NCBI GenBank assembly: GCA_030835085.1
Contig: JAUQWQ010000076.1
Span: 8,389-72,388 of the forward strand
From: Ignavibacteria bacterium
Lineage (GTDB): Bacteria; Bacteroidota; Ignavibacteria; Tepidaquicellales; OLB5
Length of the DNA stretch: 64,000 nt
Reading direction: 5' to 3'
Below, one piece after another: positions 1 to 9,218 of this stretch. The notes under the pieces are model-generated. The model worked only from the letters and a program-made list of their open reading frames with translations. It had not been told where the DNA came from and did not search any database. Position numbers and translations under genes: made by a program. Position 1 is the stretch's first letter. The number at the start of each line of letters is the position of its first letter.

Positions 1-237
1 AAATGTCAGTTCAGAATTATGCCAGTTCAGGTTACCTTCAACTAAAAGGAATTTTTTGAACTTACCCTTATCAAGATACTTATTAACTTTCGGGAAAACT
101 GACTTTAACAGAAACGGCTCGAAATTGATGGTTTGACTTGTATTATCGTTAAATGTCATTTCTATCGAGTAACCTGTTGTATAATGTGCTTCTGTTATGC
201 TGATAAGTTTCTGCTCTGAATTCTTCAGCTCTTCCAT
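1..237 (-). CDS. DUF2442-like small protein (partial; C-terminus runs off window)
   Basis: ATG at 237-235 (minus) opens a frame to position 1: MEELKNSEQKLISITEAHYTTGYSIEMTFNDNTSQTINFEPFLL... This resembles small DUF2442-type proteins. It is absent from the ORF track because it lacks a stop. Confidence 0.4.
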   Translation of the reverse strand, partial: MEELKNSEQKLISITEAHYTTGYSIEMTFNDNTSQTINFEPFLLKSVFPKVNKYLDKGKFKKFLLVEGNLNWHNSELTF

Positions 238-334
238 ACTCAATTCCAATTCTCTTTTATATTAAGTAAATATAGCTATCCTTATAACGGATAACTATAT
301 AATATACAGTATCCATACAGCAAAACAGGCTGAT

Positions 335-721
335 TTAAAGACTTTCTGATTCTATAACACTTAAAATATTACCCGAGGGGTCAGTAAACCATGCGATATT
401 GGGACCATTTCCGCGCATGATCCCTTTTTCATCAGTCTTTATTGTTCCATAATCATATTGCAAAAAGGTTACACCGCGCGTGGAAAGTTCATCAACAGCA
501 TCATCAATATTACTTACCGGAAAATTCAGGATAGTGAACTCTGCGGGTACATGGTTTGGCTTTGGATAAATAATTACTGTGCTGCCATGGGATATTGTAA
601 CTTGCAGTATTCCCATTTCGTTTTCCGTTACCTTCATACCAAGAGTTTTAGCATAAAACTCTTTCGCTTTGGAAATATCATTTACCGAAAATCCGCTGAA
701 CGCCTTGTTTGCATCGAACAT
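335..721 (-). CDS. VOC/glyoxalase-family protein
   Basis: ORF 335..772. Preferred start is M18 (MFDANKAF...) at 721, preceded by GGAG. Glyoxalase/bleomycin-resistance-like pattern (SVNDISKAKEFYAKTLGMKV ... FTDPSGNILSVIE). Confidence 0.75.
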   Translation of the reverse strand: MFDANKAFSGFSVNDISKAKEFYAKTLGMKVTENEMGILQVTISHGSTVIIYPKPNHVPAEFTILNFPVSNIDDAVDELSTRGVTFLQYDYGTIKTDEKGIMRGNGPNIAWFTDPSGNILSVIESESL

Positions 722-802
722 AACCTGATCTCCATTACTTCTGTTTGTTAAATTAACATTGTATAATAACAAAAAGGTTCAATTGCTGCAAATTCAGAGA
801 GG

Positions 803-1705
803 TCAGTTTTTAGTCTTCTCAGCAATTAATCCGGCAAATATATCAGCAGCAGGCGGGTACATGCGGAGCCATAAAGCAGGTTCAAATACCTCCAGTTCAC
901 CCAGCGAGAGCTTATCCGCATTATCCCGCATTACATCTACCCTCGCATAAATGATTCCCGGTTTAGCCTTTTCTACGACCATTTGGGCAAATTCAATTTC
1001 ATCAGCGGCAGGTGAGTAGTCATGAACGGTTCCTCCGAAATTTTCCTGAACTCTGAAATCTCTGGCTTTACCTTTTTTTAATACAGCATGGGTGAACTTT
1101 CCGCCAAAGACCATATAGGAAACTTCGCCTTCACTTAAAATACTCTTCTGATATTCCTGCACGAGCATTGATCTCTCCTGTATCAGCTCACTGTAAATTG
1201 CCTCATGTTCAGAAATGTTATCCCTGTTCAATCTGTATGTATGCCACGCACCTCCTGATATTGCGGGCTTTAAAATAAATTCATCCCAGTTGAGCTCTTT
1301 GGTGATTTCATCAAGTGTTCTTGTATCACCGGGCTCAATAAATACTGTAGGCGGAATATTAATTCCCGCTTTTTCCAGATCAAGCATGTAATGCTTATCG
1401 ATGTTCCAGTTAATGATCTCTAATGGATTAATGAATTTTGTGATCTTACTTGCTTCCTTAAGCCATGGTTCAAACTCGCTGTAACGGTTAAAGTAATCCC
1501 AGGGTGTTCTGAATACCACATATTTTGTGTCGGCCCAGTTAAAGTCCGGGTTATCCCAATTGGTGCGTGTTACTTTGAGTCCGTGTTTACCCAGTGCCGC
1601 ACTCAGCAGCCTGTCTTCTTCCAGAATGTTTTCTGTAAACTCATCACCCGGTTCTGCAATTATGTACTTTGAGGATGTGAGGAGAGTAATATCAAACTTT
1701 GGCAT
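803..1705 (-). CDS. ATP-grasp domain protein (RimK/glutathione-synthetase-like ligase)
   Basis: 300 aa. ATP-grasp-like layout (FILKPAISGGAWHTYR ... MLVQEYQ ... YARVDVMRD ... LGELEVFEPAL). Overlaps the upstream gene by 14 nt. Confidence 0.7.
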   Translation of the reverse strand: MPKFDITLLTSSKYIIAEPGDEFTENILEEDRLLSAALGKHGLKVTRTNWDNPDFNWADTKYVVFRTPWDYFNRYSEFEPWLKEASKITKFINPLEIINWNIDKHYMLDLEKAGINIPPTVFIEPGDTRTLDEITKELNWDEFILKPAISGGAWHTYRLNRDNISEHEAIYSELIQERSMLVQEYQKSILSEGEVSYMVFGGKFTHAVLKKGKARDFRVQENFGGTVHDYSPAADEIEFAQMVVEKAKPGIIYARVDVMRDNADKLSLGELEVFEPALWLRMYPPAADIFAGLIAEKTKN

Positions 1706-2339
1706 TTAGTGTTTTATTATATTTATATAATCCTATTAATAGCCCAATTATACCAATTGCTAAACAAACAGTCACCCATAAAAAAATATTGTAACCTGTA
1801 ACTCCTGCTCTGTAAATAGCTGTAAACAAGAATAAAGCAAGTCCGGTAATTTCCCAAATGCGCATATTCTCAAATCGGTTTGGCTGCGGCATTACGGGAG
1901 TTTTATTCACAAGAACTTTTAGCTCATCCCAATCCCATAACACAAGCATAATATTTGCGACCAGCATAAGGCCGGTAATTATGGGAGTTCCCCTAAAATC
2001 ATACGATAAAGTTATGACGAATACATTTGATATTATTGGCAGGAACATAAGCGCTCCCAGTTTAGCATATCTCTGAGTCATAAGCAGCAGACCCGCTATT
2101 AGCTGACCAAGACCCATAACTTTCCACCATAGCCCGGATTGATAAAGCGTTTCAAACATATGCCAAGCCGAGTTTATAGGTTCATTGATGCCATCAATTG
2201 TAGTGAAGCGTTTACCCTGAATTTTCACAACACTTGCAAACACAAATGCCGCTCCTATAAGGTAACGTGTATAGATTACGAAAAGCTGAGGGATTATTTT
2301 GGATTTGAGTTTATGCAAATGATTTATCGATAATTGCAA
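1692..2339 (-). CDS. polytopic membrane protein (possibly DoxX-like)
   Basis: 215 aa with about 5-6 hydrophobic segments. Overlaps both neighbours (29 nt and 14 nt), so the start is uncertain. Confidence 0.5.
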   Translation of the reverse strand: MQLSINHLHKLKSKIIPQLFVIYTRYLIGAAFVFASVVKIQGKRFTTIDGINEPINSAWHMFETLYQSGLWWKVMGLGQLIAGLLLMTQRYAKLGALMFLPIISNVFVITLSYDFRGTPIITGLMLVANIMLVLWDWDELKVLVNKTPVMPQPNRFENMRIWEITGLALFLFTAIYRAGVTGYNIFLWVTVCLAIGIIGLLIGLYKYNKTLNAKV

Positions 2340-3132
2340 TAGATCTCACTTCCATATAATCTTCATCAATTTTGTTAAACTCAAACATCATAATATATAT
2401 TTCTGATATGCTTTTTTTATTTGTTTTATAAGTTACCAAAAGTTCAATTTGTGCTTTCAGATCTTTCACACTGATTTCTTTAAAGGTTAGTTTAGTTTCT
2501 TCAATGCCATCCGGGAACAAATTAAATAAATTGTCGGCAAATTCATCTTTGTTATAACTAGTATTGTTTAACAACAGGTTTTCCTTAGCTGACCATAATT
2601 GTGTTTGTTCCTTATCTTTCTTCTTTATTCCCCAAAGAAAATAATCAGTGCAATCCTTAATGTTGAGCTTTGGATTTGGGTGAAATTCTTCATAGATGAA
2701 ATTTGTATTCATTCCGGGTATATTCATGAAATCAGTTTCATGCTCCATTAATTCTTCGGTGAGGAATTTGTAAAAATCTTCCGGTTTAACATCATCTTTT
2801 TCAATTACATTAATATTGAAATTTTTTTCCGCATACTTTTCTAAAACTACATCAATTTCATCATCAAGTGAACCCGGTTCTATTTCATCAATCTTCAGGA
2901 AATTTGGATTTCCAAGAATTTCCCTGATCTTTTTTGATTCAGCTTTTTCCCATTGTTCTTCAAATTGCTGAATGTAATCCAGGAAATTATTCATTACTTC
3001 CGGCGGAGCCTCGCTGTTTCCGTCAAAGCTTGTCATACCGTACTTTTCTTCAAGTTCTTTCTGTTTCTTCTTATTCTGCTCGTTAATGTAAAAATTTTTT
3101 GAGTCTTCGGAGTAATCTTTTTTCTTAGCCAT
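2311..3132 (-). CDS. hypothetical acidic protein
   Basis: 273-aa ORF, Glu/Asp/Lys rich, no motif recognised. First gene of a three-gene overlapping minus-strand operon. Confidence 0.5.
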   Translation of the reverse strand: MAKKKDYSEDSKNFYINEQNKKKQKELEEKYGMTSFDGNSEAPPEVMNNFLDYIQQFEEQWEKAESKKIREILGNPNFLKIDEIEPGSLDDEIDVVLEKYAEKNFNINVIEKDDVKPEDFYKFLTEELMEHETDFMNIPGMNTNFIYEEFHPNPKLNIKDCTDYFLWGIKKKDKEQTQLWSAKENLLLNNTSYNKDEFADNLFNLFPDGIEETKLTFKEISVKDLKAQIELLVTYKTNKKSISEIYIMMFEFNKIDEDYMEVRSIAIIDKSFA

Positions 3133-3236
3133 GATACCAGATCAATAAATTATGGATATTGAAACACTCTCTATTATGAGGAAGCTAATATACAAATCTC
3201 CAAAATTTTTATCTATATAAAACCCGATATAAAAAC

Positions 3237-3244
3237 TATATTTG
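3237..3244 (+). promoter_or_regulatory. Bacteroidetes-type -7 box (TATATTTG)
   Basis: Exact TAnnTTTG match 22 nt upstream of the ATG at 3266. Confidence 0.4.
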
Positions 3245-3265
3245 CAGCTAATACAAATATACTCA

Positions 3266-5377
3266 ATGTCTAAACCAAACAAATTAATCAACGAAAAATC
3301 GCCATACCTCATTCAGCATGCGTATAATCCCGTGGAGTGGCACCCGTGGGGCGATGAAGCCTTTCAAAAAGCCAAAGATGAAGATAAACCGATATTTCTT
3401 TCCATAGGATACTCAACCTGCTACTGGTGCCATGTAATGGAACGCGAAGTGTTTGAAAATGAACATATTGCCGCCACTATGAATAAACTTTTTGTGAACA
3501 TAAAGGTCGATAGGGAAGAGCGTCCCGATGTTGACCGAGTGTATATGTCAGCCCTGCAGGCAATGACGGGTTCCGGCGGCTGGCCAATGTCGATGTTCTT
3601 AACCACCGAGCTCAAACCATTCTACGGTGCAACATATGTGCCGCCTACATCAAAATACGGTTTGCCCGGCTTTGAAGACCTTATTCAGCAATTAGCAACA
3701 GGATGGAAGACCCGCCGTGATGAGGTGAATGAATCAGGTGAAAAAATACTTGAGCATATCCGCGAAGCTTCGCAGAATATAACATCGGCAGGTGAGCTGA
3801 ATAAAGAAATGCTGCTCAAAGGCGCGCAGCAATTTAAAAATGGTTTCGATGAAGAGTATGGCGGATTCGGTGAGTCACCGAAATTCCCAAGGCCACCCGG
3901 GATTAATTTTCTGCTGAGAGCATATTACAGGTTTGAGGATTCCGAATCGCTGCAAATGGTTATCCGCACTCTGCTGCAAATGGCAAAAGGGGGAATGTAT
4001 GACCATCTGGGCGGGGGATTCCACCGCTATTCGGTCGACCGTTACTGGCGTGTGCCGCATTTTGAAAAAATGCTGTATGACCAGGCGCAGCTTGCTGTAA
4101 ATTACCTTGAAGCGTACCAGATAACAGGTGATACATATTTTGCCGATATAACCCGTGATGTGCTTGCTTATGTTGGCAGGGTGATGACTGATGCAAATGG
4201 CGGATTTTATTCCGCCGAAGATGCTGAGTCAGTGATTGATCCCGCCGAACCGCATGAAAAGGAAGAAGGCGCATTTTATGTGTGGAGCAAAAGTGAGATT
4301 GATGCGTTACTTGGTGATGATGTAGAAATATTCAATTACTTTTTTGGTGTTAATGATTATGGAAACGCACCGCAGGGCAGTGACCCGCACAGCGTGTTTG
4401 TCGAAAAAAATATTCTGTATAAGGCACATTCGATAAGCGAAACATCAAATAAGTTTGAGCGCTCAACGGATGAAATAAATGATCTTCTCGAAGAATCAAA
4501 AAAAATATTATTTAATGCCCGTGAAAAACGACCGCTGCCGCATAAGGATGATAAGATACTCACTTCATGGAACGGCTTGATGATATCAGCCTTTGCGAAA
4601 GCTTACCAGGTTTTGAATGAACCGGGCTACCTAGAAAAAGCACAAAAGGCTGCTGATTTTATTCTTGAAAACTTATATAATGGAGAAGAAAAAAAGCTGC
4701 TTCACCGCTGGCGTGATGGTGAAGCTAAAATAGATGCGACCCTTGAAGATTTTTCATTTTTTTCGCAAGGACTTATCGATCTGTATGAAGCATCATTTGA
4801 TGAAAAGTATTTGAAGATTGCTGTAGAGTTAAGTGAAGTAATGATAAATGATTTTTACGATGAAGCTGAGGGCGGATTTTTTGATACATCAGGCAAGGAT
4901 AAGAGTATTCTCGTTCGTACTAAGGAAGATTATGATTCCGCAGAACCTACAGGCAACGCTGTTGCCATAAATAATCTGTTAAGGCTTTCAGCTTTAACCG
5001 GTAACACAGAATGGTATGACATGGCGTATAAGTCAGTGCTTGCATTCAGCGGCAAGCTTGAAAAAATGCCTTATGCAATGCCCCAAATGCTCATTGCGCT
5101 TGATTCATTGTTATATAAGCCTAAGCAGATAATCATAGCCGGATGCAATAATGATGAAACAGTATACAGAATGATGCGGGAGATATTTACAAGGTTCATG
5201 CCTGATAAAGTAGTTGTAAAAATTGATCCGAAAGATGCACAAAACAGCATTACATTTGCTTCCAAAGTTGTACAAAGCTCCCCTGAAACTACGGCTTATG
5301 TGTGCGAAAATTTCGCATGCAGGCTTCCTGTTAAAACCGTAAAAGAACTTCTGGGACTGTTTGAAACCCAGGTATAA
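3266..5377 (+). CDS. thioredoxin-domain protein, DUF255/YyaL family (N-terminal thioredoxin fold plus six-hairpin glycosidase-like domain)
   Basis: ORF 3242..5377. Preferred start is MSKPNKL at 3266. Family-typical N-terminus [41 protein letters not shown] and later [25 protein letters not shown]. Confidence 0.85.
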   Translation: MSKPNKLINEKSPYLIQHAYNPVEWHPWGDEAFQKAKDEDKPIFLSIGYSTCYWCHVMEREVFENEHIAATMNKLFVNIKVDREERPDVDRVYMSALQAMTGSGGWPMSMFLTTELKPFYGATYVPPTSKYGLPGFEDLIQQLATGWKTRRDEVNESGEKILEHIREASQNITSAGELNKEMLLKGAQQFKNGFDEEYGGFGESPKFPRPPGINFLLRAYYRFEDSESLQMVIRTLLQMAKGGMYDHLGGGFHRYSVDRYWRVPHFEKMLYDQAQLAVNYLEAYQITGDTYFADITRDVLAYVGRVMTDANGGFYSAEDAESVIDPAEPHEKEEGAFYVWSKSEIDALLGDDVEIFNYFFGVNDYGNAPQGSDPHSVFVEKNILYKAHSISETSNKFERSTDEINDLLEESKKILFNAREKRPLPHKDDKILTSWNGLMISAFAKAYQVLNEPGYLEKAQKAADFILENLYNGEEKKLLHRWRDGEAKIDATLEDFSFFSQGLIDLYEASFDEKYLKIAVELSEVMINDFYDEAEGGFFDTSGKDKSILVRTKEDYDSAEPTGNAVAINNLLRLSALTGNTEWYDMAYKSVLAFSGKLEKMPYAMPQMLIALDSLLYKPKQIIIAGCNNDETVYRMMREIFTRFMPDKVVVKIDPKDAQNSITFASKVVQSSPETTAYVCENFACRLPVKTVKELLGLFETQV

Positions 5378-5413
5378 AATAACAAGTCCTTAAGAGAAAC
5401 TAAAGGAGGTATC

Positions 5414-5908
5414 ATGTTTCCAGTTATATTATTTGTCATCGGAATAACCGCAGCAATAATCAGAATAGTGGTTTCCAAAACTAAATTAACCAGTACTGAA
5501 AGAACAGGGATCTTTCTTCTGTATCTGATTGTAATGAATATCGGAGCAGCTGGTTTATATGCATTTATGGGACATGCGTTTTTAGCGAACAAGGTAGCAG
5601 AGGAGATCGGATGGCCTACAGGAAGCCCGTTCCAGTTTGAAATTGCTATTGCCAATCTTTCATATGGCCTGCTTGGTTTTTTATGCATTTTTATCAGGGG
5701 GAAGTTCTGGATGGCAGTTGTTATCGGGAATTGTATTTTTTTGTGAGGCGCGGCGTACGGTCATTTTGTTCAGATGACAAAAGGGGATAATTCACCTTAT
5801 AATTCAGGTATTTTCCTTTATGCCGGTGATATTATTATTCCCTTAATAATTTTTATTTTGATGGTTTATTACTACCGATCGGGGACTGTTAAATCAGTAA
5901 AAGGATAA
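5414..5908 (+). pseudogene. small membrane protein interrupted by an in-frame TGA (5744-5746)
   Basis: The 110-aa ORF ends at TGA 5744-5746. The same frame then stays open for 53 more codons (GAAYGHFVQMTKGDNSPYNSGIFLYAGDIIIPLIIFILMVYYY...) to TAA 5906-5908. That tail is hydrophobic and looks coding. Confidence 0.5.
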
Positions 5909-5910
5909 AA

Positions 5911-6414
5911 TTGAAGAACTTTGAACTGAAAGCAGTATGCGTTGATAGCAGGGGTGCTTTAAAAGCTGTAAAAATGCTTAAAGCATCGTACAAGGGTATC
6001 CTGATTCAGCGTGATGTATATTTTAATATATCTCCCGGCAGACTAAAGTTGAGATCAATAAATGAATCTATACATCAATTAATATATTACAAACGTTCAA
6101 ACAGGGCAATGGCGAGGTTCAGTAACTATTACATTTGTGAGATCAAACATCCAAAACGGGTTGAAGATACACTAAGTGAAATTTATGGAATCAAAGTAAT
6201 TGTTTCAAAAAGAAGAAAATTGTATTTGTGGCAAAATGTTAGAATTCACTTTGATACAGTCCGGAAACTTGGGAAGTTCATTGAGTTTGAGATAGTTTGC
6301 AGGTCGAAAATACAGGAAACAAAATCCGCTGAAAAAATGAGATTCCTTTATAAATTTTTCAATATTACAAAGGAGAGTATCATAAACACATCATATTCAG
6401 ATATGCTTTTTTGA
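5911..6414 (+). CDS. CYTH-domain protein / class IV adenylate cyclase (CyaB)-like
   Basis: 167 aa with a TTG start 3 nt after the TAA at 5906-5908. N-terminal ELKA plus RIHFDTVRKLGKFIEFEI match the CYTH/CyaB pattern. Ends in TGA. Confidence 0.6.
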   Translation: MKNFELKAVCVDSRGALKAVKMLKASYKGILIQRDVYFNISPGRLKLRSINESIHQLIYYKRSNRAMARFSNYYICEIKHPKRVEDTLSEIYGIKVIVSKRRKLYLWQNVRIHFDTVRKLGKFIEFEIVCRSKIQETKSAEKMRFLYKFFNITKESIINTSYSDMLF

Positions 6415-6563
6415 CAGATATTTGTATTTAAATAATCATACTTTTTAATATAAATGTGAGATTAAGGTCCAAAATTGAAGATTGTAGTAGCGTGAATGTA
6501 CTAACGCAAAATAGCTAGTTTAGTTATGGTATGTTAATTATGATTGTATGATATTTACTTCAG

Positions 6564-7031
6564 ATGAAATACATAACAATAATACTATTTTCAGCACTTG
6601 TAATTTTTTCAGCATGCGATCCTCCGATGGAAGTTAACAGGCCGGGTGATAAACTTTCCGGTTATATAACTCATTGCGATTCTGTTCTTTATATGAACGG
6701 AGGGTATTATTCAATATCACTATATAATGCTGATAGTATTAATCCTTTCAATAGGGTTCCTGTAAGAACTGATTCACTTAATTTAAAAACAAGAGATTGG
6801 CTGTATGAAACGCAGTTCAGTATGGATGGAATACCTTCAGGGAGATTTTACCTGGCAGCTACATGGTCTGTGTATCCCAAGGATCCTAATGAAGTACCGA
6901 TTGTTCTCGGAATTTTAGGCTGTGATACTGCTGTAAACTGTTCAAATTATAAGCTGCTTCCATATCCTAATTATGAAGGGCATTTCAGGAATATTACGGC
7001 CTGGACGAATCCTGCAAAGAGATTGAATTAA
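6564..7031 (+). CDS. hypothetical lipoprotein
   Basis: Signal peptide with lipobox-like LVIFSAC. 155 aa, no recognised domain. Confidence 0.5.
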   Translation: MKYITIILFSALVIFSACDPPMEVNRPGDKLSGYITHCDSVLYMNGGYYSISLYNADSINPFNRVPVRTDSLNLKTRDWLYETQFSMDGIPSGRFYLAATWSVYPKDPNEVPIVLGILGCDTAVNCSNYKLLPYPNYEGHFRNITAWTNPAKRLN

Positions 7032-7056
7032 AAAAATAAAATAGCCATAAATTATA

Positions 7057-7084
7057 AAGCGGAAAGATTATTCCGCTTTTTTTA
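7057..7084 (+). terminator. rho-independent terminator
   Basis: aagcggaa / ttccgctt stem followed by a T-run. Confidence 0.7.
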
Positions 7085-7183
7085 TGATCAAAATTTATCA
7101 GCCCTTCTTAAGAATTCATTGAGAGTTCAACTGAAGAATGCACTCACGAAAAAGTTACTTTAAGGAGAAAATAAAATACGCTG

Positions 7184-8959
7184 TTATTTATTTTTAAATT
7201 TAACTGTGAATTTAGAACCTGAGTTCAATCTTGACTGAAGGCTGATTTCCGCACCAAGCAAATCACAGAGTTTTTTCACAATAGAAAGTCCAAGACCGGT
7301 TGAGTGTTCATTTCCGGTAGGTTTTGCACTTAATTTTGTGAAGTTGGAATACAGTTTCTTCAGGTCCTCGTTTGAAAATCCCGGGCCCTGATCCTCAATT
7401 TCCAGTATTGAACTATCGTCAGAACAAATGCATCTTAAATGAATATTTGTACCCGGTTCTGAAAATTTAATTGCGTTTGATAACAGGTTTTCAAGTACCT
7501 GGTACAGCAGTTCTGCATCGGTATGTATTATTGTCCCCGAGCATGTACATTCATTTATTATGTTAATATCTTTTTTAACTGCCAGTATGCTTGCCTGCTT
7601 TACTATTTTAGAAGTAAGTTCGCTGATTAAAAAATCAGTTATATTCATTTTAATACTGCCGCTCTCAATTGACCGGTAATCAAGCATACGGTTTATAAGA
7701 TTCAGCATCCTTCCGGATTGCTCCTTGATATTAACTGCCATTTCATCCCTGAAGGGTTTATCTTCGGTTTCGCTGCGCATCAATCTTACGGATGAAAGGA
7801 TGCTTTGAAGCGGATTCTTCAGATCGTGAGCAAGAATACCCATCAGGTTGTTTTTTTCATTATGCATCATTTTAAGCTCATCATTCAGCAAATGTACTTC
7901 ATTCAGAGCTTTAGAAAGTCTTTGGTTATTTTCCTTTTCTTTTTCAACTTCTTTTTTGATCTTCTCCGTATCAGTTTCGATATTTAATTGTTCAATTTTA
8001 AGCTGAATATCATTTTCCAAATGATTAATGTGATCCTTATAAAGTTCTTCATAAAGGTTCAGCATTTTATCTTTTTGTCCCAGTTTCCTGTAGGTATCTA
8101 TAATATTTTTCTGAATTGCAAATTTAATACTTCGGTCGCCTACACTGTTAAGAGCTTTAACAGCTTTTTCGAAATATCCCAATGCTTCAGTATATTTACC
8201 GTTATTGTACCAAATTTTTCCCAGTAAGCGCAGGCCTAAAGCCTCAAAATCATAATAATTATATTCACTGCTGATATTTATCTGCCTTTTAGCAAGTTCT
8301 TCTGCGCTTGTGTAGTCTTTTTCATCAAATTTCATTGATGAAATAAAATGCAGAGCATTTGCTTCTGCAAAATGATTTGCTGAAAGTCCAAGTGATTCTT
8401 CAAAGTATTTTTTCGCTTCCGCTGTATTACCCGTTTTATAGTAACATGCGCCTATTGCCATTAGAGATGCCTGCAGCGGATCATTATTTTCATTTTGTTT
8501 TGATATTTCTAAAGAGCGCAATGCATAATCAAGGGCTTTTTCATTTAAATGAATTTTTGTATATAAAGAAGAAATGCCAAGCATAACCATATGCAGGTTC
8601 TGCATATGCCGGCATTTTATACTGGCTTCTTCAGCCAAAAAGAAATATTTAAGTGCTTCTCTGTAATTATAAATTTTGGAATGATTTCCGGCTATTCCTC
8701 TTAGAATTTCAGCCTGAAGTTCTCTGTTATTCAGGGCGTAATCAGTATTAAGTGAATCCTCGAAATACAAAATGGATTTTTTATAGTTTCCAAGTATAAG
8801 GTATGTGATAGCAATGTTAAAAAGTGAAATTGTTCTGAATTCTTCATTAGAGATCAATTCAGATTCATTCAATACCTCAGTAAAAATATCCAGGGCTTTT
8901 TCGGGCATATTTTGCCTGATACGGGAGCCCTCATCTATAAGAGATGATAAATTTTTCAT
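7184..8959 (-). CDS. soluble TPR-repeat sensor histidine kinase (TPR, coiled coil, HisKA, HATPase_c)
   Basis: 591 aa with no TM segment. H-box ILAHDLKNPLQSI, then N/G boxes (LLSNAIKFS, DQGPGF, GLGLSIVKKLC). Confidence 0.85.
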   Translation of the reverse strand: MKNLSSLIDEGSRIRQNMPEKALDIFTEVLNESELISNEEFRTISLFNIAITYLILGNYKKSILYFEDSLNTDYALNNRELQAEILRGIAGNHSKIYNYREALKYFFLAEEASIKCRHMQNLHMVMLGISSLYTKIHLNEKALDYALRSLEISKQNENNDPLQASLMAIGACYYKTGNTAEAKKYFEESLGLSANHFAEANALHFISSMKFDEKDYTSAEELAKRQINISSEYNYYDFEALGLRLLGKIWYNNGKYTEALGYFEKAVKALNSVGDRSIKFAIQKNIIDTYRKLGQKDKMLNLYEELYKDHINHLENDIQLKIEQLNIETDTEKIKKEVEKEKENNQRLSKALNEVHLLNDELKMMHNEKNNLMGILAHDLKNPLQSILSSVRLMRSETEDKPFRDEMAVNIKEQSGRMLNLINRMLDYRSIESGSIKMNITDFLISELTSKIVKQASILAVKKDINIINECTCSGTIIHTDAELLYQVLENLLSNAIKFSEPGTNIHLRCICSDDSSILEIEDQGPGFSNEDLKKLYSNFTKLSAKPTGNEHSTGLGLSIVKKLCDLLGAEISLQSRLNSGSKFTVKFKNK

Positions 8960-9218
8960 TTAATTTTATTTGATTATGGTCACTATTAGTTTAGTGATTT
9001 ATAAGTGTTATTTATCTTTATAATAAAGATAAAAAATTATTGTACTTTCCTGCCAGGTTTTTACTCATTACATATAAAACAGAACATCATAATTAACCGA
9101 AACTATGAACTATATAATTTTCTGAATATGAGTTACTTTCTGCTGTTAAAATACAAAGGTTTTTAATAAATGTAATAACGTGAATAAGTTATGCTGAAAT
9201 ATCTGTTATATCAGAAGT

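Noticed and set aside
3421-5688. Multiple 60-130-aa antisense or overlapping ORFs within the thioredoxin-domain gene and the following membrane gene
   Set aside because: They are fully contained in, or overlap, a 704-aa ORF with strong family signatures. They have no motifs of their own and typical shadow-ORF composition.
5744-5746. In-frame TGA as selenocysteine or as a reassigned sense codon (code 4/25)
   Set aside because: No convincing SECIS-like stem-loop follows the TGA; only a weak 5-bp gtcat/atgac pairing is present. The host protein is a small membrane protein, not a redox enzyme. No tRNA with a UCA anticodon is in the window. Other well-supported genes here terminate at TGA (6412-6414 and 39588-39590), so the standard code applies.
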